DNA of 64,000 nt from Moniliella sp. 'wahieum' (GCA_003971905.1 RSEE01000024.1:434001-498000), one strand, 5' to 3'; numbered from the stretch's first letter, positions 51,123 through 63,313 are shown. Numbers and translations: made by a program. Notes: generated by a model from the sequence alone, not told the origin.

Positions 51123-52067
51123 ATGGTCCACTCCACTCGCACCAATCTATTCGACTTGGCCACGCTGATACCCGCCCCCCGTCAGCGCAGCCAGACCAAC
51201 ACGGTCCCTCTCACCACCACTGCAACTGTTCCCACCGTGGCCCTGAGCCAAGTCCCAACTCATTCAGTGGGCAGTAAAGGTGAGGCCCAAGCTGCCGTGG
51301 CTGCGGACGCATCTCTTGCTATCCTACCACAAAGGGAGCTTGACCGACGCCAATTCCGTGCCCGTCTAGACCACACATTGGGACGGAAACACTTTGAGCT
51401 TCATCCAGCTTCCATGGCCCGAGTCACCCACCCCCCTCCCCACAAGCCGGCATCCAAGGCAAGGGCCGGCATTTCCTCCACAACCATCAACCCTTCCCTA
51501 GACGGCACCTCCCCCACCTTGCGGCCCAGCTTCGGGTCTCCCCCTGAGGCACGAGGGCGGGGGATCGTTCGCAAGCCAAGCACGGTCCGAGGGAAAGCAC
51601 CTTTGCCGAGCCGGGATTCAAGGCAAGTCGCTACCGTTTCGCCGATCAAAGTAAGCTCCATTTCGCCCACACGGAGTTATGCCAGGGATGATAATGCCTT
51701 TTCCGCTGTCCTCTCTACCGTCGGTTGGTCCTGGGGTCAGCGTTCGCTGGACCCCAACGACATGGACGAGGGGGTGTTCTCAATGGAATTGGAGGAGCAA
51801 TCCCCATTGACGGCAAGGTACTCGGCACCAACCATTTCCATCGGAACACCATCGGCTCCCCCTTCGCACCGGGCCTCGATGGACCGGGGAAGGCTTCAAG
51901 CACCCTCAGTCCAGCGCAAGTCTCCCCCAACTCGAACGCCACTAGGCACTGCCCTGGGAGGATCCCTCTCCCACGACCGTGCACTCCCCTCACCGCTTCC
52001 GTTATTCTTTTACCCTCGCACTACTCTGCACCGGGCCTTATTAGACCATGCGCTGTGTGACATGTAA
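51123..52067 (+). CDS. Hypothetical Ser/Pro/Arg-rich protein
   Basis: ATG at 51123 within a 380-codon open frame; no recognised domain; short DEGVFSME motif. Confidence 0.45.
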   Translation: MVHSTRTNLFDLATLIPAPRQRSQTNTVPLTTTATVPTVALSQVPTHSVGSKGEAQAAVAADASLAILPQRELDRRQFRARLDHTLGRKHFELHPASMARVTHPPPHKPASKARAGISSTTINPSLDGTSPTLRPSFGSPPEARGRGIVRKPSTVRGKAPLPSRDSRQVATVSPIKVSSISPTRSYARDDNAFSAVLSTVGWSWGQRSLDPNDMDEGVFSMELEEQSPLTARYSAPTISIGTPSAPPSHRASMDRGRLQAPSVQRKSPPTRTPLGTALGGSLSHDRALPSPLPLFFYPRTTLHRALLDHALCDM

Positions 52068-53479
52068 GCGCATCAACGTCTCATTCCTCTACATTGCCTT
52101 CATATTGTCTGTCTACTGGTATAGACTCACACATCAGCACTGGTGGGGAGATGCCACCGAATATACTCCCTTACGATGACCGAATACTAGTTACTCCCAC
52201 AAAGCGGTAATAGATCGGGACTTCTGCACGCCAAAAATATAGCATGTGGTATTGGAAGGCCTGAGCGATACATCCCCCAAACAACGCGGTTACGAAAATG
52301 CGCCCTTGTGAGACCATGATGTGGAAGGGTGCCATATGCTGTGCGAGGCATTCGGTACCATTATACGCCAGCCTTTGAGAGACAGATACCCTCCCGGTCA
52401 TCGCGATGGCATGCCGTGACATCGAGCATCAATCATATTTTGATGGTGACGTTACCGTTATTCCCCCCCCCTTTTTCTAATAAAAGTCTATGACTTCACC
52501 TCCCTTCATACCCGAAGAAGATTAAATGGCCCGAAGAAGTATAAGAATGGTCACAGCTCAGAGAGAGGCCTCAGATCCCTCTTCAGATCTCAGAGGTCCG
52601 ATCGTCAGAGGTCACTGTATTCAACAGTCAACAAACCGCGGTACTTTTGAGACTGACACAGGCTTTGTTCCGTTCCTGGTGGAACCGGAACCCATCTCTC
52701 TAGTATACGGATGTTTTGTATGATGGGAAAGTTGCTATATATAGCAGTGGCGGTGAAAGAGGGCATAGTACCCCTCGGGTGCACACTTGCTATTAGATTT
52801 TGTGGTTTTGCCAACATCTGCTCTGCAAGAACACCAAGCAGGAATCCTCTCACTCCCCCCCCTCGCACACACCATCTCTTCCCTAGGCGTCACACAGGTT
52901 TTTAAAGAGGCCCGACGAGGCCTGGGAGCTTTAAGCACTTAAGCGCCTGTGCCGCCTGAGCTCACGCGGCTCAGGCTGAGCGCGCTGAGCGCTGTACCGT
53001 TGGACGAGGGAGGCCCCACCGCCGGCGTTAACAAAATGATTAGATCTGAGAACGATATGTAGCTTCAGAGCTTCAGCTGTTTTGGTTGTGTTTGAGCGAA
53101 TCACATCCTCCGCGTCATGTCCATCAATGCAGAAAAATATATCGATCATCATATTGTGTGGACTCTACAACGAAGAAGCAGTGACATGCGTGATATGTGT
53201 GACGTGGGGCATGTGACACTGTGACATGTGACATGTGACATGTGATGTGAGAGCGGATACGATTACTGAGTAAGTACTGAGTAACGATGATCGATAATCG
53301 ATACCAATGGGCATACGGACAGTGTGAGAAAAGTGAAATGTGTGAGAGTCTCCTGTATCGACCTCCTGCCTCCTGGCCCGGCGGACACACTGATCGACCT
53401 GCACAGCGGATCAGCAAAATACGTCACAGATGTTTTAAAATACCTTCAAAAACGTCAGAAGAGTGTTTTGGCTGTGGCG

Positions 53480-55329
53480 ACGTGCAAACCTGTCACTGTC
53501 AGTAGGTCTATTACGTTCTCGACGTCACCCCTTGAACGTCAGATACGTCCTCGACGTCACCCTCCTGAAGGTCTATTACGTCCTCGACGTCACCCCCTGC
53601 AGGTCAGATACGCCCTCGACATCATCCCCTTGAACGTCAGATACGTCCTCGATGTCACCCCCTTGAACGTCAGAAACGTCGTTGACGTGCGCCTGGGCGA
53701 CGTATCTGACGAATCTGACCCTCCTATGCTCGCTCTTCCTGGGTTACTATTGGTATTACATTTTATACTACTAATACTCATTCTATAGCACCATCGAATG
53801 CTGTGCAATCGTCTTCGAGGGTACTTTTTTCATTGCGATGGGTCAAAATATGGCCTTGGGGGCTCGCCATTGAGAGCTCTCTGGAATGTATAGGCGCCAA
53901 ATCACTCTTCAGTCTCAGAGTCGTCTGTGCGGTCGTCGTCCTCGCCATCTGTGCCCTCTGCGTCAAAGAGGTTGACCGCAGTGCCGTCGTTGTCCCGTGC
54001 ATCCTCCTCATCTGTTATTTGTGCCCGGGTTACTGCGATGTGACGGAGGTGGGTGAGTTGTGCACGAGTCGCACGCCAGGCGGTACAAATTTCAGGGTTA
54101 CCTTGCGGAGAAGATGCGTGTGTCCGCAATGCCCTCGAAATTTTCCCAGACACTCGTCCAGCCCAGTAGATAGCTTGCGGGGCGAGATGAGCGAAAAAAG
54201 TCAGATGACCTGCCGGACGACAACGGGGTGGCGACGTACTTATGATCGGACAAAGAGACAGTGATGGCACTGAAAATGTCATTGCAGCGCTTGCTGTTGT
54301 TCAGACTCCGGTTGAGCAAGACTGTGTACAGGGCAGATGGGTCAGGGAAGTTGTGATGTTGTAAGACATGTCCCATTTCCATCCGGAAGTCAATGTCGTT
54401 CGGTGCATAGCAACAGAAGCGCTTTTGATGAGAACGGGTGAGATAAGTTATTGTGGCCATATTGCGAGGAGAGCAACGCGTGAAAAGGCGGGGCCGGTAC
54501 GTACCAGGATTCGGACGCGCTCCTTGGCGTCAGTGAACTCTTGGTGAGAGAGGGTGCGAAAGTAGACTGGAAATGACGGACGAAATCAGCCTGAAAGGCT
54601 GCAATTGTGCGCCTTCCGTTGCCTCGATCGATACGGTGCATGCTCTCTGGCAATTGGACGACGTGTTATTTGTTAGTAGATGGTTTTAGAAGATGGTTTA
54701 GGGGTTTGGGTTAACGCACCTCATTCAAATAGCCTTTGTTGAGCGTTACCCGCCTCTGGATCGTTTCGTTGCCTGTTGCGCGGATGCGGTGCATGCTCTC
54801 CGGGATCTGAACGATGTGTTATTTGTTAATAGTTGGTTAGAGGTTTGGCTCAACGCACCTCATCATTCAAATAGCTTGTGCTGAGCGTTGCCCGCCTCTG
54901 GATGATGTTGGATAAGGCACTGTTGATGGTGGATCTAGTGGGGGAGGCGCCGAAGAGAGCGGTGGACTCTTGACCACCATCAGCAAAACATGCTGTCTAG
55001 CCGACATGCTAATGGATTCGACAATTCTTACCCAGTGGCACTGGCGTGACTTTGTGCGTCGCTTGCGGGACCTTGATCGACATCTTTTCTGGATCATTTG
55101 CCTGCGCGCTTTCACCGTGATATGCCGCTGTCTCTGGACCTGCGATACTGCTGGGTCCGCGAGAGGGGCTCGCACGAGCATAATTGCCTGGACGGGCTGT
55201 TGCACTTACTCTGGTGGAACGGTGGCGAGGGATGGTGGTGGGGGTGTGTGGAAAGAGGCAGGACCAGGGGGTCTGGCTGGCTCTTGTCAAGTGTGGGCTG
55301 CAGTGCGGGGGTAGAGCAGATTGCGCCAC
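53480..55329 (-). pseudogene. Degenerate or mis-assembled intron-containing orphan gene with an acidic C-terminus
   Basis: GTGCGT/GTACGT donors with CTAAC-type branch points on the minus strand; Pro/Ser-rich 5' ORFs; acidic 3' ORFs (DEEDARDNDG..DGEDDD; DVSDVQGGDIE repeats). No single continuous frame. Confidence 0.4.
53500..53690. repeat. About 33-bp minisatellite, 5-6 degenerate copies
   Basis: Unit approximately cctcgacgtcacccccttgaacgtcagatacgt. Confidence 0.88.
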
Positions 55330-55472
55330 TCACATGGGGGGTTCCATACAACGCACTAGGCAAGTCTTTTGCCCTTGGCCGGATTTGGCTAGCCAGGAGC
55401 CTAACTGAAGAAGCACTGAGGCGCTGTTGCTGCAGGGAACAGGCTGCGCCCAACATTCTCTGCACCAGGCAG

Positions 55473-55880
55473 TGTACGCGCGGGCGCTGCCAGGGGGGGC
55501 GCCCAGGGGGGTTAAGGCCTAAGGCCTAAGGGTACAATCCATTGGAGATCCTAAGGTCGACTAGCTCTCACGGTGGTTACGCACTTGGGCTGATTGGTGG
55601 GTCCGAGCGGGGCTAGGGACAAAGAAAGACTTCTCGGCGCATAGCAGAGGTGGCTGCCAGTGTGGCAAGGCTGTGTAGCATAGAGGAAGAACGGGGGACA
55701 GAGGGGAAACCAGGGAGGGCGACGGTTTTGGGTACGGGCAAACTAAAAGGGAAAAGGGCACGGGGCGACTATCGTCTCCAGATTGAATCTGACCCCATGA
55801 CCAACCTGGGGATGGGAATAGGAAGGCGACAGACGCACATAGGCTTCGTCAGGCTTGCCGGCTCGTCTTCGCCCGTGACC
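55473..55880 (-). mobile_element. Degenerate solo LTR-like element (408 bp)
   Basis: Ends TGT-ACGCGCGGG...GCCCGTGACC; exact flanking repeat GGCAG (55468-55472, 55881-55885); the first ~200 bp align by eye with 5661-5870. Confidence 0.82.
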
Positions 55881-58440
55881 GGCAGTAGGCAACTGTCGCT
55901 CGATGGTGAGCGAATAAGGCTACGTAGTGTCCTGGACAGATCGAAGCAGCCAGGCCAACAGTGAAAGTTGAGTCGCACATTCAAACGTTCGCCGTTGGTA
56001 CACCGGCAATGTATCGACACCGAGGTACTGGAGACTGGAGCCCTAGCTCCTCCAACTCTTGCTTCAACTCTTTTCGGCTGTAAGAATGTCCAGCACTGCC
56101 AGCCATTGGATATGCACCGGATGTGTCGTTGATACCCGTACTCGTCTTTTCGACACAGAGGGACGCCCGACGTCACCAAGATCACACCGGGCACAGGGTG
56201 GCGTCCAATAGCCCAGCTGCAACACTGGACGCTGCAGCAGGCATCATTCGTGCACCCTGCGCTCCGGCGCGCAAGCACGATCCCAGCTGGTTCCAACCGG
56301 CAACCGCTGGCCACCATCTCTACTGTGGCCCACATCTGACATTAATATGTCAGATGTGGCCTCCCTTGAATTTTGCACCTTCAGCCCCTCTCTGGATTGC
56401 CCCCTGGGTCTCCCACGCAAAATGGCGATGTGGAAGATGCTTTTGGATGGAGGACAACGCTGAAACGTGCTTTGCCCACAGTCGGCTGGTCCGTCTACCG
56501 AACCCGAAGCGACAGCGGATCCTCAGTCCGGATCCAAGCCAGAGCGGCGATCAACTCATCGGCGCGCACACAAGTCTGATGCCTCACAATAAGACGCACT
56601 CCTTTGCAGTCTCCGGCTCTGTATTGAGGATCTGTCAGAAACAATATGTTGACCAGGGTCCTATGGGCCAGCCACCTCCGCGGCACTCCTGACCATCTTA
56701 CTCATCCGGGCACCACACCAGTATCCCTATCCCCTGGCCTAGTGCCGCTCTCCTTTCTTCTCCTTCTTCTCCTTCTTCTTCTGATCCTCAGTCTGGGTTC
56801 AACGTTCAACCCAGCTCCTGTCTTCTCTCTGCCATTGCATAACTGCACTTAGGACGTCGCTGGGTCACCAGGATCATTACAATAATACGTCGCCACGGCC
56901 CGACTGCTAGCAATATGTTCGCGCCCTTTACGAACCCGTTCATTGCCGTGATCAACATCATCCAGTTGTGGTTACCAAAAAGTATATGCGGCGAGAGCTC
57001 GCCGAACTGGTCCTGTCACTGATTGAGATTAATTATCGCTGCGTCGCCACCTTAGCCACCGTTCCACGCTGGAACCATTCCACGCTGGAGAGGGAACATA
57101 ATATCTTTTCACCGTTCCTACATTGACTATGCGTGATAACTCAGATGACCTCCACTCGTAAGATGGGGTGGATGGATTAACGCGAATCCCACTTCACCAT
57201 CCGGCTCGCGATGTGTTGCCAAGCGAGACGACTGTGATCTAACTATACAAGCGCGTATGTTGGCACGGTCACCTTTATCTCTAGCCTTTATCGCGGGAGC
57301 TACTGGGGGCATCGGTACTTCCCTGGGCCTCTGACGCGACGCGACGTGGCTCTGCACATCGCCTTTATTTGCCAGACGGCCAGCTGATGAGCAGAGACTT
57401 CCAATGACAATCTTCCCGGACATTGGGACAGATCGCACACGCAACACCGCGTTCATTAAGCAAAAGGTGGAGTTTTGCGTCAAGGAACAGTTGAAGGGCA
57501 TGCCGGTCCGCAAATGTAAACCTGTCGTTACCCGTATTCATTGTCGAACTGGTGTCGTTCATCGCTTTGCTGGTCCGTTCGACGGGGTCAGGGTCATTCT
57601 GTGACCACCGACAATTGATCTGGTCCAATGAATATCTGGCCGAGTCGGAACACTGCGATGAAGGACGCCTACACTACACGGACCAGGGGCCCAAGCTCCG
57701 GCCTCATCCACAACACCTTACTGTTGTCGGAGCCAACGCGGAATGGGTCAGACGGTTGGCTCACGAGCACACACACCTGATGGAACAAGAAGAAGAGATG
57801 GGAAGAAGTGTCAAGTCCGCGTATACGGCAGCCTAACCTCTGGGAGACAGTCTCGCTTGACCGATTTCGGTTTCAGACCCATCTCTCAAACGCGCCTGTC
57901 CGACTATGGATTTATCAGGACGAACGACTCTCGATGATCTCGTCGGTTTGCTCGGAGAACCCAACAGACTTTTCATGACTTTCGTTTGCGGGGTCAAAGC
58001 AATGTGAAGGACCAACAAAAGCCTATCTTCAGCGGGGCTGCACCAGTCGTCCCTGCCTGCCCTGTACTCAAGCAGAACTAGCCGCAGGATGGACGCCTGA
58101 TGAGCCAAACCCCTATCAGTGGGCACAATGTTGTCCTGCATGGCCTGCCTTTTGGTCCACATGAAATGAGCATCCATTTGCCTGACGATTAGACCTTGGT
58201 CACACCAATTGCCGATGTTCCCCTGGCTAATCTGAAGACGCATGTCCCCGTAGAGCATCGGTTCCCTGCCCTTGGCCAGCTACCGTGAGCGCGTATAGGA
58301 AGGACGCGTGTTGACTAGGTGGTTCTGGTAGCATTTCCTAGCATCAGAAGACACGAAATGGTGTGGCCGGGTGGGATTTTGAAACGACGCAAAGTTTCAC
58401 ATGTAGCCGGCAGTTGACCCCCCGCGCTGCACATCATTGA

Positions 58441-58505
58441 CTTCAACGACCTCTTTTGCGCCGTCGCTGACATCAACGACCTCTTTTGCGCCGTCGCTGA
58501 CATCA
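58441..58505. repeat. 30-bp tandem duplication
   Basis: tcaacgacctcttttgcgccgtcgctgaca x2. Confidence 0.9.
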
Positions 58506-59814
58506 TTTCCCTCAAACCATGCAAATACGTCGCCGATATCAGCCTCCGGACATCCGCTGATATTTTTTATCTATTTCGTTGATCCGCTGTGTGTATCTGT
58601 GGTCTAATGCCCCGAGGCCTCTACAGAGGGTACACGGAGTGAGTGGCGGCGTCCATGGTACACAGGTTGACGGTTCACATCCTAGACAGAGGGGCGGAAG
58701 CATTGTTTGTAAGTGTGCAAGTCCCAAACATTTTTATGTATCTCTTCTCCTGTGTGATGTGATCTATAAAGCATCAGTCTTTTTCTTTCTGTGGCAACGA
58801 GTCTTTACCAGCCGCCGTATGAGCTCCATGGGAAGAGCATATTGTGTGGGGCCCTTTCATTTTGAGAGCAAAAGAGCGCGCTCTCACCAACTCAGAGTAC
58901 TCACATGTCACAGCTCATTATGCACCAACACCCATGACGGTTTCCCGAGGATACAGACGCACAGTTGAAGAAGAGAAATAGGGCTCTCAAGTGGGAATAT
59001 CGGCGTGCCTCTCTGATTGACGACAGAAGAGTGGCCTTAAGAGTGTTGTGGGGGACAGATGAAAAAGGGGCAACATATATCATCGCTATCATCAGTATCG
59101 GGAGAGTGAATGAGACCGGTATGATACGAAACACCTGCTTATTTATATTGTTGACACCCTCAGAAAAGACGCCTGTGTATGCATAGTAGACACAGTGAGA
59201 GGGGAGACCTTGGAAAAGTATCAAGAGAGAAAATGCTTGCTACAGGTCCCATGGCGTTAGGGGATTCTACATGATACAGCGGTTGAAAAAAGCTATGTCT
59301 TTCTAAAGATTACGCGCTCCATCCGGGGCATACTACCCAACTAATAATGCTCTTAGCAATGAGCCAGTTTATGAAGGAAGTAGAGAAAACGTACGGCGGG
59401 GGGAGGGGCTCCCGCCGGATGGGTTTCCGGGTGATGGGGCCAGGAACGTTTCGGGAGGATTAGGAATGGAGTTGTGCCACACCATTAATATGGGACTCGG
59501 GTACCAAACGAATTAAGCGCCACAAGGTTGCGTACGGAAAGATGGACAGGAGCAGATGGACACACACCCATATGTGGAACGTCGGAGGGGGAAGGAATAA
59601 CATATCGGCATTGCGACAATAACACGAAGTACCAGCAGGTACGCACTCACCCTCCGTTGTTCCCCCTTGTGATCTTTTTCGGAACACGCGAGTACGATAT
59701 TATACATATACCGCTATCATTGCCACATGACAAGATCATGTTCAAGCACTACATTGGAAGAAACTGGGCGAAGAGAGTTTCATCGGCGTTGCTTCTCATT
59801 AGCTAGAGCATTTC

Positions 59815-60942
59815 TGTCACGGGCCGTGTCAGATGTGATGAGATGGTCTGATCCGACGTATTAAGGCTTTCCTGCTCTACGCATGCCCAGGAAAGCGCCC
59901 TGCAAAAACCTACCTTGACGATTGTTGGCCAAACCATGCATAGTGGCATGAGTTACCAAGCATCCGTGCAACACTATGGTCGTCTCGTGCTCAAGTTGAA
60001 GCCAGACGCCACAATGTTATGAAAACGTCGGTATCCTTGCGAAAATTGTCGCGCATCTCACCGCTTACCTCTATCATTCCCTTCTATTGTTGGGCCTATA
60101 TGCCTTCCTTTCTGCACCTGCATTGCGTCTGTTTTCCCTTTTAGATCTAGCCTGTACCCCGGTAGTTGGTCCGGATCGTTCCCCATCATCCAAATTTTCG
60201 TCCACTTCCGCCTCGCGTGTGATCAGCACATGCCCGTTTCCAGCCAATTGATCCAGTACATCTCTTCTCCACTTAGTTGTCTCCTCTCTATCCCTCATCG
60301 CCTTTCAGCTCCACAGTCTCCCGGTCTCAGCATTCCACATCAGTAAGCCGCGTGATCCCTCCTTTTTGGTCGCGTCCACCAGTTCAGTCTCAACAATCTT
60401 ATCGCGTGGGTTGCTTTCCAGCCACGCCGAATCCCGTCTCGGTCCAATGTTAGTTCTAGCAGTGTTTATGCTCAGGTCCCCCTCTCTGTCTCTCTAAAAG
60501 TCCCCCGGAGTGCAGATTCGTTACTGCTGCCCAAGGTGGTGCATACGCAGATTTGCCACACTTGCAGCCGCCTCTTCTGCTATATTTATGCCTGCCGAGA
60601 GACCACTCTTTGTCCCTAGTTCCCCTTGGATCCAGCAACCAGCTTGTCAGGACACAGAGATGGGGGAAAGGGAGCAGATGGATTGCATACATCTATGGAC
60701 GCAGAGGAGGTTATGACCTCCTCAGGAAGGGGGCAGAGTATCGAGAGGTGGACACAGAATCTCCCAACTGATAGGAATCACGCCATAGTGCTCATACGGG
60801 CCTAGTGGGCAAGGGCCCCCTAGCACGGTGTGATTCTGACACAGCTGAAGGGCTCAAGGATGAAAGAGCGGCCCTACCGTTCTCTAAGGGATCTTACCCC
60901 CTCAAATGTGGGTGAGCCCCCTGGCCGGGCCCACCCGTAACA
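59815..60942 (+). mobile_element. Solo LTR-like element (1128 bp)
   Basis: Ends TGTCACGGG...CCCGTAACA; flanks ATTTC/GTTTC (4 of 5 match); the reverse complement of its right end matches the left end of the 5661 element. Confidence 0.78.
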
Positions 60943-61915
60943 GTTTCATTGCCCCCTGTCTCAAGTAGTTTCGCCAATGACATGAATACAGTAACTGAGA
61001 CCTCGCCTAAAAACAAACTACACCATATATCTGTTGTTCATTGACCATGAATTATATGTAGGAAGACTTGTGAGAAACAAAAATGGAGAAGAATGCTTTC
61101 GTTTCCCTCCCATGATTGTTGCGTGAGAGTAGTAGTTCTGAAATACAAAGGGACACACAAACGCGCGGGAGGGGAAGCCGGATAGTCCAATACCTACAGA
61201 GATCGTGAATGGGTGCTACTATTATAGTGACCATTTGCATATTCGTAGGGTGGTCAGTGAGTTGCGAGCTTCGGAGATTGTGAATCCTTTCTCTGTGTGT
61301 GTGGTTTCATTTGTTCGATCGGCGCTGCCTTCTCTCTCCTTCCCTTCTATAGCCTGCTTTTGAAGGCATGCATCCAACTACGTTAAACTCTCTCTTGAGA
61401 TGATGTTGGATTCGCATCTGAACTGTACAAGGTCTTCTCTCTCTTCTGGACACATGTGCTCTCCCGAATCGCACACAACATGCATTCTCCATGTAGGGTT
61501 GCAGCCATATTAGGTCTGGAGAGCAGTGTCTATGTATGGCCCTTAGAATCTTCTTCTTCCATGGCGAGCGAGGAAGACAAGGCCTGCGGTGGCAGGGGAT
61601 GGAGGATCTTTCTCTTGATGTGGAGCACGCACAATATGATACCCGCGGAGAGAACCACTGATGAAACCAACGCGCCGCCATATGCATTGCCGATATCGAC
61701 GTCATTCATCATTTCACAATCGCAAGCGATTGGACCTCGGACCGGTGATTACCATGCATCACCGGCCCTTCAGAGTGGCCGTGTGCCTGTGCACCCGGGG
61801 GCGTAGGCACTCAGTAGGTATGGGCTGGATGGGGTTGGTGGGTTGACATGTGACTCGATCCGGGCCAACCTTACTTGCTCCTCCCATCCCATCCTCCGCC
61901 GGCCCCATCATCTCC

Positions 61916-62964
61916 ATGGACGGATACTTGGCCAAGTTCAAGCAGGTAGCACAGCGGGCTGGGGAGCAAGCCGCGGCGCTGGCGCAAGACACGGGACGAG
62001 CCTTCAACGAGCAGGTGCAGGTGGCCCAGCAGGGCTTTACCCTTCCCAAAGAGTGTGAGCGGGCCGCGACCATCCTTCAATCCTTCTTGGCCGACCCCAG
62101 CAACCCCGACTCGGCGCTCAACTCGATTCCTAAGGCGGTGCTGGCGCAGGCGCGTGGGCTGGCCATCTTTAGTGTCCTCAAAGGTGGCTTCATTTGGTCT
62201 GCCAAAGCCGGCTCGGGCGTGGTTGTTGCCCGCCTCCCGGATGGATCTTGGTCAGCGCCTTCGTGCATCGCCACCGGCGGCGTTGGTGTTGGGTTCCAGG
62301 TACGTACCTCCTCTCCCACCCCGACGACTGAGATCGCTTAGGATCTGAGTTGCTGTGCATGATCCTGCGTGCTGCATGACGGTGCGCGTGAGGTCGAGGC
62401 CAAGTAAATCTGACTGGCACTGATTCGCAGATTGGGGCAGACCTGTCCGAGTTTGTGGTCGTGATGAACAGCGCTGAGGCTGTGCGTTCTTTTGCGCTCT
62501 CGGGAAACCTGACGCTGGGCGGATCACTGTCGGCAACCGCTGGTCCCATTGGGACAGGGGGTGCTGTGCAGACCGCGATCGCCCACCCCGCTCCACTTTT
62601 CAGCTACAGCCGGAGCAAGGGATTGTATGCCGGAGTGTCGCTGGAGGGAGTGGCGCTGCTGGAGCGGAGAGATGCCAACCGCGAGTTTTACGGGATGGAC
62701 ATCCCTGCAAAGGACTTGCTCGAGGGACGGATACCGGCACCCGAAGCAGCCTCGCCCATGTACGAGGTGATTGAGGCGGCGGAACAGATTGATGAGACAG
62801 GGGTGCCGCAGCACGCATACCTTCCCCCCGATCCCCTCGACCAGAACCAGGGTTACGACCTGGGAGACGGCTCTTCCCACCCAGTTCCAACTACGGCGCC
62901 ACCCTCGTCTGAGTTGCGAGACAACGCCAGCCCGCAGGCGGAGACACCGCCCAAACCGCTTTGA
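61916..62964 (+). CDS. SYLF/Ysc84 actin-binding (YAB) domain protein without SH3
   Basis: IPKAVLAQARGLAIFSVLKGGFIWSAKAGSGVVVARLPDGSWSAPS..GFQ|IGADLSEFVVVMNS..YSRSKGLYAGVSLEG; intron 62300-62430. Confidence 0.92.
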
Positions 62965-63313
62965 TTGCCTCCATACGTACATGCGAATTGCCTCATTTGG
63001 CCCTCCCCTTCTAAGATCTCAACGTATCGGACTGGTCTATCTTTTCAGCTGGGGGCAACGTACTCACCCCTGGCCCACCTGGAAGGTATTGTAACGATTA
63101 GAAGTGACTTGATCGCTTGGTTGGGGACAGGTGCAGGTTTGCAGCGGAGCCAAATCAGCTATGGTAGACAAACAGATACACACACTTTTGCATTGTCCAG
63201 CAGCATCTCTGCTTTGTAGATGTGGAAGAGAAGAAGCGATGGCGGGCGGTTGCGTGTTACAGAAAAGGTTCTAGAACATCGTGCCGACCAAAAGGCGGTT
63301 AGGGCATAAGAGC

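Noticed and set aside
53500..53690. CRISPR-like array
   Set aside because: The units are contiguous and degenerate with no unique spacers, there are no cas genes, and the context is eukaryotic.
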